Shown piece after piece: positions 39,373-50,029 of a DNA stretch of 64,000 nt (positions are counted from its first letter, which is position 1; each line of letters opens with the position of its first letter). The stretch covers positions 15,406-79,405 of the forward strand of contig JACKAH010000002.1 in the NCBI GenBank assembly GCA_020635175.1. Direction: 5' to 3'. The DNA comes from Deltaproteobacteria bacterium (GTDB taxonomy: Bacteria > Bdellovibrionota_C > UBA2361 > J135). The notes under the pieces were generated by a model, which was not told where the DNA came from, did not search any database, and saw only the letters and a program-made list of their open reading frames with translations. The position numbers and the translations under genes were made by a program.

Positions 39373-40122
39373 ATGGGTGCGTGCAATAATAAGCTAAAAG
39401 ATAGTATTGAGAAAGAAACCATAACTTCTCCAAAGAAATCCTCAAAGAAGCGCAGTAAAAGTTTTACGATTGATTTAAGAATTCATACGCCAGCATCAAT
39501 CGGTTATTTTGGTATAGAGGGTGTTGATACTGCACCTGCCATGGTTAGCCTAGCAAAGGTGAAAGGGATTGACTTAATTGCTGTTACAGATTTCTATACT
39601 GGTGAGTATATCGATAAGATTATGGATGCCGCAAAGGACACTCCTGTTACTATTATTCCGGGGGTTGATATCCGATGCTCGTTAAATAATTGTGATGACG
39701 TTGTGCTAACTTGTCTTTTTCCTGAGACATTTGGCTCAACTAATGTCCAAGATTATTTACACGCATTAGATATTCCTAAGTCGGTGGTGGGGAATAGAAA
39801 GTATCTGGTTCGTAAGAGCTTTGATACAATTTTGCAAACATTAGAAGATTTTGGAGGCGTTGCCTTGCCGAGTCGCATGGACAAAACCCCTCACAGATTA
39901 AGCGTCTTGCCGGCACTTATACAAGACTATGGTTTTAGAACATTTGATTTGGCTTATGCAGATTCAACTGAATATTTTAAAGCCAAGTGGCCAAAAATAA
40001 AATTCAATCTGTTTAGCTTTTCAAATGCGAATTCTTTAGCTCAGCTTGGTAGCCGTACTGCTAAGGTTAAAATGTCTGATGCTACGTTTCAAGGATTAGC
40101 TCAGCTCACTTCTAGAGTATAG
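39373..40122 (+). CDS. PHP-domain-like protein with degenerate metal-binding motifs
   Basis: IDLRIHTPAS resembles PHP motif I (DLHxHT), with the first His replaced by Arg. IAVTDFYT resembles motif II (iTDH), with His replaced by Phe. Confidence 0.5.
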   Translation: MGACNNKLKDSIEKETITSPKKSSKKRSKSFTIDLRIHTPASIGYFGIEGVDTAPAMVSLAKVKGIDLIAVTDFYTGEYIDKIMDAAKDTPVTIIPGVDIRCSLNNCDDVVLTCLFPETFGSTNVQDYLHALDIPKSVVGNRKYLVRKSFDTILQTLEDFGGVALPSRMDKTPHRLSVLPALIQDYGFRTFDLAYADSTEYFKAKWPKIKFNLFSFSNANSLAQLGSRTAKVKMSDATFQGLAQLTSRV

Positions 40123-40209
40123 AAAGGAGATTTTCCGAGTTCTACTTTACTTTCCTGTCTGATACGTTACAGTTACGAACTGTATATGCATCGTATTACA
40201 GGATCATAA

Positions 40210-41139
40210 ATGAAAACCTTATCATTGATTTTTCTGACGCTTCTGCTTTTAAATCAATCTATTGCTCATGCTGAATTTCCAGAAAAACCGATTACGATAG
40301 TCGTCTATACAGCCCCAGGGGGCTTGATCGATGTTACTGCACGTTTTGTAGCAAATATAGCGAAGAAGAAATATACTGATGTACCGGTAATTGTCCAAAA
40401 TAAAAAAGGGGCAGGTGGTGTAGTTGCAACTACTTATACGCTCTCAAAACCTAGTGATGGATATACCGTGCTAGGAATTACAAGCTCTCTAATCTCCAAG
40501 ATGATTAAATCTGGTCAGGAAGACAAGCTTGATCAGCTACATTTTCTTTCTCGAATGGTCGTTGATTATGAAAGTTTGATAGTTAACCCGAAAAAGGGTT
40601 TAGCTGATTTTTCTGAATTGTTACAATCTGCGCAGAATATGCCTGGAAGCCAGATCTGGGTTGGTCCAGATGCTGGAGGTACTGATCATATTTTTGCCAA
40701 GAAATTTTGGGCAACTGCAAATATTAACGCCAAATGGATCCCGTATCGTAGTGGCGGAGAGGCTGTGGCAGCTTTACTAGGAGGCCATGGACAGGTTTAT
40801 GTTGGAAATCCTCAGGATGTAAAGGGGCGCCCAGATCTAAAAGTTGCTGCAGTTGCAGCCCCTGAACGACTAGATAAGTTCCCTGAAGCCCCCACCTTTG
40901 CCGAGCTCGGTTTTGATAGATTAACTGGGGAATCGCTGTGGAGAGGATTTGCAGTTAAAGCTGACACGCCTGATTCTGTGGTTAAAGCATTAGAAGAGCT
41001 TTTCAGAAACGTAAGCCAGGATCCTGAATGGATTAAATTTTGTAAAAATGGCGATGTATTACCTGTATTTGATATTGGGCAAGAATTCAAACAGATTGTT
41101 TATGATCAACGTGAGCAAGATAGAAAGGCTCTAATGTAA
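40210..41139 (+). CDS. tctC: Tripartite tricarboxylate transporter substrate-binding protein (Bug/TctC family)
   Basis: Signal peptide followed by FPEKPITIVVYTAPGGLIDVTARFVA. Family-typical length. Confidence 0.85.
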   Translation: MKTLSLIFLTLLLLNQSIAHAEFPEKPITIVVYTAPGGLIDVTARFVANIAKKKYTDVPVIVQNKKGAGGVVATTYTLSKPSDGYTVLGITSSLISKMIKSGQEDKLDQLHFLSRMVVDYESLIVNPKKGLADFSELLQSAQNMPGSQIWVGPDAGGTDHIFAKKFWATANINAKWIPYRSGGEAVAALLGGHGQVYVGNPQDVKGRPDLKVAAVAAPERLDKFPEAPTFAELGFDRLTGESLWRGFAVKADTPDSVVKALEELFRNVSQDPEWIKFCKNGDVLPVFDIGQEFKQIVYDQREQDRKALM

Positions 41140-42627
41140 ATGGAGCTACTTTCTCTCGACCTATTCTCGCAGGGTATTGCAGTTGTCTCTAGTCCTTTTG
41201 GTTTTGGGATGCTGCTTGCAGGTGTCATAGTTGGGATTATCATTGGAGCGACACCGGGAATGTCTCCTTCTATGGGGGTCGCATTACTCGTTCCATTTAG
41301 TTATGGCATGGATACTTCTGTTGCGTTTCTTTTTTTTGTAGCAACCTACCAGGCCGCAAACTATGGTGGCTCGATAACAGCGATAGCTATCAACACTCCT
41401 GGTACCGCATCTTCCGTTGTTACCGCATTAGATGGTTACAAGCTAACCAAGCAAGGTCGGGCGAAAGAAGCTCTTGCTACTGCTGTAACCGCTAGTGCTG
41501 TAGGTGGTTTGATCGGAGCTGTGCTATTGATTCTATTTGCACTTCCTCTAGCTCAAGTTGGGCTGTCATTTGGACCAGCTGAGTTCTTTTCTTTGGCACT
41601 CCTGGGTTTAGCAACAGTTATTGGACTGGGCGGGTCCGCTTGGATCCTATCAAGCCTTGCTGTGCTTCTTGGGATTTCACTTAGCATGATCGGTACGGAT
41701 CCTTTTAGTGGTGACACAAGGTTTACCTTCAATTTGGTTCAGTTGTATGATGGTTTTGCATTAATCCCCCTGATGATAGGTCTCTTCGCGGTTGCTGAAG
41801 TTTTTGATCAATTTCAAAAGTTAAAAACGAAAGGGGAGGTTGGCTCAGTTCTAACCAAGGGAGGATTTGAAATAAGGAGAATATTTTCTTATTGGAAAAC
41901 GTTGATAACTTCATCGTTCATAGGTACAGCAGTTGGTATTATTCCAGGAGCTGGTGCTACAATTGCCTCATTTTTATCCTACGGAATTGCTAAAAAACGC
42001 TCTAAGGAAGCTCATTTATTTGGCGATGGATCACATGAAGGGATAATTGCCAGCGAAGCTGCAAATAGCAGCTCTGTTGGAGGAGCATTGGTTCCTCTTT
42101 TAGCGTTGGGAATTCCAGGTAGTGCTACTGATGCTGTATTACTTGGTGCATTAACTCTGCATGGTTTGGTTGCTGGGCCAGAGCTGTTTCAAACAGATCC
42201 AGAGGTCGTTTATGGAATGTTTGTCGCTGTACTTTTGGCAAATTTGTTTGTGTTTATCTTTGGTTTATTAGGAAATTCATTATGGTTAAGGATAATATCA
42301 ATTCCCAGTAAGATTCTTTTGCCCCTTATCTTTGTTACTTGTATTTTTGGAAGTTATTTCGTTAAAAATTCTTACTTTGATGTGTACACCTGTCTTGGTT
42401 TTGGAGTTGTTGGATGGAGTTTAAAAAAAATCGGAGTACATCCAGCTATGGTTGTGCTTGGATTTGTGCTTGGTCCTCTTCTCGAGCTTAACTTTCGACG
42501 TGCATTGTTAATGGATGGATATTCTCTCTTCATTACTAAGCCGATTAGTCTTGCCTTTTTATTATTAGCGTTAGGCTTCTTTCTTTATCCACTGGTTGCG
42601 AGGTTTAGTGGGAAGGAGTCGAAGTAA
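41140..42627 (+). CDS. tctA: Tripartite tricarboxylate transporter large permease TctA
   Basis: A 495-aa polytopic membrane protein with GIIPGAGATIASFLSY and LGIPGSATDAVLLGAL. Starts 1 nt after the tctC stop. Confidence 0.85.
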   Translation: MELLSLDLFSQGIAVVSSPFGFGMLLAGVIVGIIIGATPGMSPSMGVALLVPFSYGMDTSVAFLFFVATYQAANYGGSITAIAINTPGTASSVVTALDGYKLTKQGRAKEALATAVTASAVGGLIGAVLLILFALPLAQVGLSFGPAEFFSLALLGLATVIGLGGSAWILSSLAVLLGISLSMIGTDPFSGDTRFTFNLVQLYDGFALIPLMIGLFAVAEVFDQFQKLKTKGEVGSVLTKGGFEIRRIFSYWKTLITSSFIGTAVGIIPGAGATIASFLSYGIAKKRSKEAHLFGDGSHEGIIASEAANSSSVGGALVPLLALGIPGSATDAVLLGALTLHGLVAGPELFQTDPEVVYGMFVAVLLANLFVFIFGLLGNSLWLRIISIPSKILLPLIFVTCIFGSYFVKNSYFDVYTCLGFGVVGWSLKKIGVHPAMVVLGFVLGPLLELNFRRALLMDGYSLFITKPISLAFLLLALGFFLYPLVARFSGKESK

Positions 42628-42757
42628 AAGTCTGCGTTTTCTTGCTAATAAGCGGATTTTTAATGGTTAATGATCCTCTTCTCGCACCCCTTCAAGTATG
42701 TTAACCTACGCTGGTCGTTTTGATAGAATAAGTTGTTGAAACTATTGAGTTGTTCAG

Positions 42758-45700
42758 TTGACACCTTTTGCCCATTTACATCTTCACACCCAGTACAGTC
42801 TCCTTGATGGAGTGAATAAGCTACCTAATGTGATTGAGCAAGCTCACGCTTTGGGGCAGCCGGCTATCGCGATGACAGATCACGGTAACATGCATGGGGC
42901 AATTCAGTTTTACGATCAAGCTAGAAATGTCGGAATTAAGCCTATAATTGGCTGTGAGCTCTATGTAACACCAGGTTCACGACATGAACGTAAGACCAGA
43001 GCACAAGGTGGAGCCGGAACACATCATCTAACCGTGCTCGCTGCAAATAACCAAGGTTATCAAAACCTATGTAGACTCGTGACTCTTGCTTATCGTGAGG
43101 GGTTTTATTTCAAGCCACGTGTCGATCATGAGCTGCTTGAAGAATATAGCGAAGGGGTAATTGCTTTAAGTGGCTGTTTAGCCGGTGAGCTAAATAGACA
43201 CGTTGAAATAGATGATTTCAAAAGCAGCAAAGCGTTGCTTGAATTTTATCTTAAGACTTTTGGAGATCGATTTTATCTTGAGGTACAGCCTCATATGATA
43301 TCCGAACAGCAGCGTCTAAACACTGCATGTTTTGATTTAGCAAAGGATATGAGCATTCCTGTAGTTGCGACTAATGATTGTCACTATGGAAGCGCCGACG
43401 ATCACTACGCTCAAGAGGTTCTAATGTGCGTCTCTACAGGAAAGCAGATTACCGACCCGGATAGAATTCGACATGAAGGGGTGCATCTACATCTCAAAAA
43501 AGGTGAGGAAGTACTTGAAGGATTGACTAGTTTTTCACGTGCTGAGGAGGCGCTTAGAAACACAGTAGAGATTGCTAACCGATGTAATGTCGAATTCGAT
43601 TTTAACACCTATTACATGCCTCGCTTTCAAGGCAGGCCTAATGATGACCTCTCTGATGATTTACGAAAGGTTGCGCTACTCGGATTGGAAAAGAGAATTG
43701 AAGAGAAGCGCGCTAATAGTGAAAGTTTTACTCAAGCTAAAGAAAACGAGTATCGTGAAAGATTAGAGCTCGAGCTCGAAACTATTATCTCCATGGGCTT
43801 TCCTGGATATTTTCTAATTGTGTCTGATTTTATTGTTTGGGCTAAGGAAAATGGAATTCCCGTTGGTCCTGGTCGAGGTAGCTGTGCAGGCTCACTTGTT
43901 TCTTATGCTATGCGAATTACAGAGATCGATCCGATTGAAAATAAGCTTCTTTTTGAAAGATTCTTAAATCCAGAACGGGTTAGTCTTCCTGATATCGATG
44001 TTGATTTCTGTATATACGGAAGAGATAAAGTTATTCAATACGTTGTTGAGCAGTACGGAAAAGAGAAAGTTGCACAAATTGGAACTTTTGGAACGCTTAA
44101 AGCAAAAGCCGCGATAAAGGATGTTGGTCGGGCGCTTGGCATGAGCTATGCAGAAACGGATAGAATTGCAAAACTGATTCCAGCTCCTCGCCAAGGATTT
44201 GATTTCTCCCTGACTGAATCTTTAAAGATGGAAAAGCGTTTAGCAGATTACGCAAAAGGTGAAGGGCGTGAACTAATTGAATTGGCATTGAAGCTTGAGG
44301 GATTAGTAAGGCATACCTCTACGCACGCTGCTGGGGTTGTGATCGGGGACAGGCCGTTGATTGATATGTTGCCGTTGATGGTCGATAAAGACGGTAACGA
44401 CGTAACTCAATTTGCAATGGGTTATGTCGAGAAGATAGGCCTTGTAAAATTTGATTTCTTAGGACTTAAAACTCTTACTGTTATTCATACCGCCTTGAAA
44501 CTTATTGAGGAGAGCCAAGGTGTTAAGATAGACCTGGATAACTTGCCGCTGGACGATCCAAAAACATACGCACTTCTGTGTGCAGGAAATACAACAGGGG
44601 TTTTTCAGCTTGAATCCTCAGGTATTACTGACATGACAAAGCGGTTAAAGCCGAGTTGTTTTGATGATCTTACTGCGATTTTGGCTCTGTATCGTCCAGG
44701 CCCTCTGGATGCCGGTATGGTCGATCGTTACATCGGCCGTAAACACGGTTCCGAACGAGTTGATTATTTGCATCCACTAATGACGGATATCTTAGCTGAT
44801 ACATATGGAATTATTGTGTATCAAGAGCAGATCATGCAACTTGCGCGAACTCTTGCTGGATACTCTCTCGGAGAAGCGGATCTCCTTCGTCGTGCAATGG
44901 GTAAGAAAAAGCCAGAGGAGATGGCTAAGCAAAGAATTCGTTTTGTCGCTGGTGCAAAAGAGAAAGGCATAGATCAAAAACTTGCTACAGAGATCTTTGA
45001 TCAAATGGAAACCTTTGCACGTTATGGTTTTAACCGAAGCCATTCTGCTGCATATGCCATGATTTCTTTCCAGACGGCTTACCTTAAAGCTCATTATAAG
45101 GTTGAGTTCATGGCGGCACTAATGTCGCATGAGATGGGTGATAGTGATAAGACTCTTAAGAATTTAACTGAATGTAGAGAGCAAAGTATTGAGGTTTTGC
45201 CTCCCGATGTTAATTACAGTTCAGCTGGATTTTCTGCGAATAAGGGAAGAATTCGCTTTGGGTTAGAGGCTGTTAAGGGAATAGGAGAAAAAGCTGTTCA
45301 GAAAATAATAGAAGCCCGTGAAGCTGAAGGGAAATTTAGCGACTTAGAAGATCTTTTAATGAGGGTAGATCCTCAATCTATAAATCGACGTGTGATTGAA
45401 AGTTTAGTTAAATGTGGAGCATTTGATTTTTCTGAAATCTCAAGATCTGAAATGTATGCAAGAGTTGAAGAGCTCTTAAAAGCATCTGCCTCATTTCATC
45501 GTGAAAAAGATACCAATCAGATAGGTCTTTTTGGAGGAGATGCAGGGCTTGAAGAGATCCCACGTAGAAGACTTAATCAACCTGAATGGCCGATAAATAA
45601 AAAACTTGCTTTTGAAAGAGAGGCATTAGGCTTTTATATCTCTGGACACCCGCTTGAGAAGTTTAAGAAGGAGTTAAAGCGGATTGGCGTTAGCTCAACT

Positions 45701-46228
45701 CGAGATGTGCTTCAAAAGAAACATGAGTGTAAAGTTCGTGTTAGTGGAGTTGTTACCGCTTTAAGATTGAAAAACACACGCAAGGGGGATCGATATGCCT
45801 CTTTCGTTTTAGAAGACTGGCTTGGAACTCTTGAGACTCTTGTATGGCCAGATGTTTACAGACAAATTGCTCATATTTTGGCAGCTGAAGATCCAGTTGT
45901 TTTAACTGGTAAGCTTGATGTGGGTGATGACCGACATGTGATAATTGCAGAAAATATCGAATCGTTGATTGATATCCGAGATACGACTGCGACGATTGGC
46001 ATAATGGAGCTTGAGGAGGCGGAGTGTAATGAGCCTTCAATTGAAAAATTGTCAGGTTTATTAAAGAGTTATCCTGGAAGTTGTCCTGTTAAGATTCGAA
46101 TAGATCATGTACCATATCCCGTGCAATTAAAAGACGATAGGGATGCTCCTATATGTGTGCAGCCTTCAGAAACTCTGTGCGAGGCTGTTGAACAGTTGTT
46201 TGGTAGGCCAGTGCTTTCCTTTTATTAA
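42758..46228 (+). CDS. dnaE: DNA polymerase III subunit alpha
   Basis: PHP N-terminus FAHLHLHTQYSLLDG, PGRGSCAGSLVSY, LPDIDVDF, FNRSHSAAYA and an OB-fold C-terminus. Apparent TTG start. Confidence 0.97.
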   Translation: MTPFAHLHLHTQYSLLDGVNKLPNVIEQAHALGQPAIAMTDHGNMHGAIQFYDQARNVGIKPIIGCELYVTPGSRHERKTRAQGGAGTHHLTVLAANNQGYQNLCRLVTLAYREGFYFKPRVDHELLEEYSEGVIALSGCLAGELNRHVEIDDFKSSKALLEFYLKTFGDRFYLEVQPHMISEQQRLNTACFDLAKDMSIPVVATNDCHYGSADDHYAQEVLMCVSTGKQITDPDRIRHEGVHLHLKKGEEVLEGLTSFSRAEEALRNTVEIANRCNVEFDFNTYYMPRFQGRPNDDLSDDLRKVALLGLEKRIEEKRANSESFTQAKENEYRERLELELETIISMGFPGYFLIVSDFIVWAKENGIPVGPGRGSCAGSLVSYAMRITEIDPIENKLLFERFLNPERVSLPDIDVDFCIYGRDKVIQYVVEQYGKEKVAQIGTFGTLKAKAAIKDVGRALGMSYAETDRIAKLIPAPRQGFDFSLTESLKMEKRLADYAKGEGRELIELALKLEGLVRHTSTHAAGVVIGDRPLIDMLPLMVDKDGNDVTQFAMGYVEKIGLVKFDFLGLKTLTVIHTALKLIEESQGVKIDLDNLPLDDPKTYALLCAGNTTGVFQLESSGITDMTKRLKPSCFDDLTAILALYRPGPLDAGMVDRYIGRKHGSERVDYLHPLMTDILADTYGIIVYQEQIMQLARTLAGYSLGEADLLRRAMGKKKPEEMAKQRIRFVAGAKEKGIDQKLATEIFDQMETFARYGFNRSHSAAYAMISFQTAYLKAHYKVEFMAALMSHEMGDSDKTLKNLTECREQSIEVLPPDVNYSSAGFSANKGRIRFGLEAVKGIGEKAVQKIIEAREAEGKFSDLEDLLMRVDPQSINRRVIESLVKCGAFDFSEISRSEMYARVEELLKASASFHREKDTNQIGLFGGDAGLEEIPRRRLNQPEWPINKKLAFEREALGFYISGHPLEKFKKELKRIGVSSTRDVLQKKHECKVRVSGVVTALRLKNTRKGDRYASFVLEDWLGTLETLVWPDVYRQIAHILAAEDPVVLTGKLDVGDDRHVIIAENIESLIDIRDTTATIGIMELEEAECNEPSIEKLSGLLKSYPGSCPVKIRIDHVPYPVQLKDDRDAPICVQPSETLCEAVEQLFGRPVLSFY

Positions 46229-47320
46229 GTGAGCTTAATGACAAGTACTCATGATAGATTAATGCCGCCGCTTTGGGTCGTCACATTGATCTTTGTAGCG
46301 TGCTGTTCTTGGCTACTCTTTGAATTAAAAGAGATGGTAACTCTTCTAGTAGTTGGCTACTGTATTGCATATCTCTTTGACCCATTCTTAGATTTCTTAG
46401 AGAAAAGAAAAATTTCTCGTACGGTTGGATTCTTTTTGATTCTTGCTGTGCTTTTAATCGGTCTCGTAATAATTGCTATTACGGCTATTCCTACCTTAAT
46501 TCAAGACTATCAGAAGTTAGTTACAAAGCTACCGACTTATACAGACTATATTAAAACAAAAATTTTACCGTTGCTTGTAAATGTTGAGGCCTATTTGCCT
46601 GCACATATGAAGATTGATCCTAAAAGTGTGCTGGATACAGTGATTCCTAACATTAATTTAGAAACGGTTGGTAAGATCTCGGATCACGTTCTCGGTGCGC
46701 TTTTAAAAGGCTATTCGGTAACATTAACCTTGATGAACTTCGTTCTACTGCCATTTATTGTTTTTTACATGGCAGTTGATATCGATGCGTTTCATCGGCA
46801 GACGCTGGCTCTTTTTCCTAAGAATGCTAGAGAGAGAGTTAGAAATATTTCTCAGACAATTAACGGATATGTTTCTGAGTTTGTGCGTGGCCAGTTGTTA
46901 GTCGGATTCATCTTGTTTGTTTTATATGCAATTGGCTTAGGCTTTATCGGAATTGAATTATGGTTCCTTTTGGCGTTGGTTGCAGGCTTTGCCAACATTG
47001 TGCCTTACTTGGGCTTATTGATAGGGATAGTATCTTCAACAGTAATGGCGCTTTTTACATTCGGTGATTTTACTCATGTCCTATATGTGTGGGGAGTCTT
47101 TATTATTGTTCAGGTATTGGAGGGTACATTCATTACTCCAAAAGTAATAGGAGATAAAGTTGGTATTCCGCCACTTGTAGTTATTTTATCTATTTTTGCC
47201 GGTGGTAAGCTTTTTGGGTTTATCGGAATTTTTCTCGCTGTACCAGGTGCGGCAATTCTGAAAGTTCTTGCCTCAGATACTCATGATTGGTTGATTACTA
47301 GAAACTCTGCAAAAGCTTGA
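46229..47320 (+). CDS. AI-2E family transporter (PerM/UPF0118)
   Basis: An 8-TM permease with the family-typical C-terminal segment FITPKVIGDKVGIPPLVVILS. Confidence 0.8.
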   Translation: MSLMTSTHDRLMPPLWVVTLIFVACCSWLLFELKEMVTLLVVGYCIAYLFDPFLDFLEKRKISRTVGFFLILAVLLIGLVIIAITAIPTLIQDYQKLVTKLPTYTDYIKTKILPLLVNVEAYLPAHMKIDPKSVLDTVIPNINLETVGKISDHVLGALLKGYSVTLTLMNFVLLPFIVFYMAVDIDAFHRQTLALFPKNARERVRNISQTINGYVSEFVRGQLLVGFILFVLYAIGLGFIGIELWFLLALVAGFANIVPYLGLLIGIVSSTVMALFTFGDFTHVLYVWGVFIIVQVLEGTFITPKVIGDKVGIPPLVVILSIFAGGKLFGFIGIFLAVPGAAILKVLASDTHDWLITRNSAKA

Positions 47321-47323
47321 TAA

Positions 47324-48274
47324 ATGCTCTTAAGTCGATCAACACAAGCAAAGGTCTGTATTCTTATTAATCCCCTATCAGGTGGCAGAAAAGGAGCGGC
47401 TCTCTCTCGAGTCATTCGTGAGTGGATAGACCAGACGAACCAGAGCATCGAAGTCGTAGATCTCGAATTGAATAGATTGAGGGAGCAGGTTGCAGAAGTT
47501 AGTAGCTTTGAGCGTTTGATAGTTGCAGGGGGAGATGGCACGGTTGCTTTAGTCGCCAGAGCGTTACGTGGAAGTCAAATACCAATCGGGATTTTGCCGC
47601 TTGGCACTGGGAATGATATGGCACGTGAGCTGGGTGTAAATTCGGCTGTTTCCCAAAGAAATTTTGAAGACTTAATACTAAAATGTCTTAATGCCAAATC
47701 CGTAACTTTTCATACTTGGAAAGTTTTATATGGACCTGAGCTTTCGTCTGAAGAATTCTTTATGAACTATATCTCTTTTGGATTTGATGCGAATGTTGTT
47801 GCTAGCTTTGGAAACACTAGATTGAAAAATTATTTTCTAATGCATCGATTCGGAATTTGGGGAAACCGCTTGAGTTATTTTAGTGCCGCACTAAAGAACT
47901 TGAGTTATAAATTCAATTCTACGCCATCTATTTCATCAGGTAGTGATTGCTATGAGTGTGCGGACAATATCAGAAGTCTAATTCTCCCCAACATTCGTTC
48001 AATTATGGGTCTTGGCAGTTCTGATCCCGGAGCCTCAGCTGAGGTTGACTCAATCTCGATGGTGCAGGTTGGGTCTATATCTCAGTATCTTTCTTTTCTA
48101 ATAGATAACAGACTCTCGATGATTCGACCAAGGATTTTGCCTGCTCAGAAAAATTGGCATTTAAAGCAGATGCCTGAAGTTATGGTTCAGATTGACGGTG
48201 AGCCAAGACCTGACATGATCTCCTCTGAATACAAAATTGAGCTTGGGTGCCCGCTAAATTTCCTACATTTTTAG
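47324..48274 (+). CDS. Diacylglycerol/lipid kinase catalytic-domain family protein
   Basis: ILINPLSGGRKG, VAGGDGTV and LPLGTGNDMAREL. Confidence 0.8.
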   Translation: MLLSRSTQAKVCILINPLSGGRKGAALSRVIREWIDQTNQSIEVVDLELNRLREQVAEVSSFERLIVAGGDGTVALVARALRGSQIPIGILPLGTGNDMARELGVNSAVSQRNFEDLILKCLNAKSVTFHTWKVLYGPELSSEEFFMNYISFGFDANVVASFGNTRLKNYFLMHRFGIWGNRLSYFSAALKNLSYKFNSTPSISSGSDCYECADNIRSLILPNIRSIMGLGSSDPGASAEVDSISMVQVGSISQYLSFLIDNRLSMIRPRILPAQKNWHLKQMPEVMVQIDGEPRPDMISSEYKIELGCPLNFLHF

Positions 48275-48308
48275 GCTATCCTGTCTATTTTATTCAATCT
48301 TATTAATA

Positions 48309-49166
48309 GTGTATACTTTCAGGATGCTTAAAATCAGTCCACAAATTGAGCGTCTTATAACTCTTGCATTAGAAGAGGATTTAGCATTTGGTGATGCAAC
48401 AAGTGCTGCTTGCATCGATCCTCTGCTTGCTAAGAAAGCTCAATTTATTACACGACAGAACATGATACTTTGTGGGACAAGTTTGGTTCCGCATATCATA
48501 TCACTTGCTGGCAGTTCATTGAAATTTTACACACAATATGACGATTCAGCTTTTGTAAGAAGAGGAGAGGCCTTTGCTGAGTTGCAAGGATCTGTTGCTG
48601 AGATTTTAGCTCTTGAAAGAACTATTTTGAATTTCTTGCAAAAACTTTGTGGGATATCTACATATGCGAATGAGTTAACAAAAAATTTAACTACACTGAA
48701 AATTTGCGACACACGAAAAACTACTCCTGGTTGGAGGGTTTTAGAGAAATATGCGGTTAAAGTTGGTGGTGCGAATAATCATAGATTTTCATTAAGTGAT
48801 ATGATTTTGGTGAAAGACAATCATATAGATGCGTGTGGAGATATTAGGTCTTGCCTAGAGCAGATCTATCTTAATAAAGCCCCATATATTCCAGTTGAAG
48901 TTGAAGTGAGAGATTATGAGGAGTTGCGTGTTGCATTAGAGTTTTCACCGAATGTGATTATGTTAGATAACATGACAAGCCAGCAGATCATAGAGAGTTT
49001 GCAGATAGTATCTGAAAGCGGTGTTGATTGTTTAATAGAAGTCTCAGGTGGTATTACCCCTGAGAGGCTGCAAGACCTAGAACAGATCGGAGTTAGTTTA
49101 GTTTCAATGGGGGCTTTAACACAAAAATCTGCCTGTATTGATATCTCACTCCAAATAGAAAGTTAA
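48309..49166 (+). CDS. nadC: Nicotinate-nucleotide pyrophosphorylase (carboxylating)
   Basis: ERTILNFLQKLCGI, DTRKTTPGWR, GGANNHRFSLSD and MLDNM. The ATG at 48324 is an alternative start. Confidence 0.92.
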   Translation: MYTFRMLKISPQIERLITLALEEDLAFGDATSAACIDPLLAKKAQFITRQNMILCGTSLVPHIISLAGSSLKFYTQYDDSAFVRRGEAFAELQGSVAEILALERTILNFLQKLCGISTYANELTKNLTTLKICDTRKTTPGWRVLEKYAVKVGGANNHRFSLSDMILVKDNHIDACGDIRSCLEQIYLNKAPYIPVEVEVRDYEELRVALEFSPNVIMLDNMTSQQIIESLQIVSESGVDCLIEVSGGITPERLQDLEQIGVSLVSMGALTQKSACIDISLQIES

Positions 49167-49180
49167 TTTTAAAGCTTCTA

Positions 49181-50029
49181 ATGAAAAATAGCTCAGATAA
49201 ATTTGACGATTTTGATCCAGGCCGGATGCATGTTTGGGAAAGCCAGGTGCTGCAAGGCATAGAAGAAAATCTTTCTTCATTGCATCCTCTTAATAATGAC
49301 TGGCTAGTTCGCTGTTATAGTACTGTGTCATCAACTATGGATGTTGGACACGAATTACTTGAAGATGTCTCTCCTGGTAGGCCAGGTTTAGTGCTTGCAA
49401 AAGAGCAAACTAAGGGGAGAGGACGACAGGGAAGAAGCTGGGAGTCTGCGGCTACAGGCTTTTATGCAACCTACTGCTTTGCCGTTCCTGACAATGTGCA
49501 GAATATATTTTCATTTCCATTGGTAGTTGCTTGTGCTTTGGCTGAGATGTTTGAATCATTTGGTTTAAAGGTCTGTGTTAAATGGCCCAACGACATCCTT
49601 TCGCGAGAGGGTGAAAAGCTTTCTGGAATATTAGTAGAGCTTGTTCAAGAGAAGGGATTTTACTATGTATTAGTAGGAGTTGGCGTAAATCTATTAGGAG
49701 AGCCGAAAAATCTACAATCTACAAGCTTGTTTTCACTGACAGGACGGCAGTTCTCTCCACCTCACATAGCTGTTGAATTAAGTGAGCGTCTCGCACTCTC
49801 ATTGGCACGCCTAGAAGAGAATGGTTTTATTTATTTTAAAGAGAATTGGCTTGAACGTGCTTGGCATTTGAATGAGAAGCTTACAGTGCACGTTTCTGAT
49901 GAATTAATAACTGGTACTTTTCGGGGTCTAAATGACCTTGGTCATCTTCTTTTAGAGATAGATGGTGAAGTTAAAGAGATCTCTTCGGGGATCGTTATGG
50001 GTGGAGGGGTCAATGTTGCTGACAGTTGA
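49181..50029 (+). CDS. birA: Biotin--[acetyl-CoA-carboxylase] ligase; no obvious N-terminal HTH
   Basis: TKGRGRQGRSWES, KWPNDIL and GILVE. Confidence 0.88.
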   Translation: MKNSSDKFDDFDPGRMHVWESQVLQGIEENLSSLHPLNNDWLVRCYSTVSSTMDVGHELLEDVSPGRPGLVLAKEQTKGRGRQGRSWESAATGFYATYCFAVPDNVQNIFSFPLVVACALAEMFESFGLKVCVKWPNDILSREGEKLSGILVELVQEKGFYYVLVGVGVNLLGEPKNLQSTSLFSLTGRQFSPPHIAVELSERLALSLARLEENGFIYFKENWLERAWHLNEKLTVHVSDELITGTFRGLNDLGHLLLEIDGEVKEISSGIVMGGGVNVADS

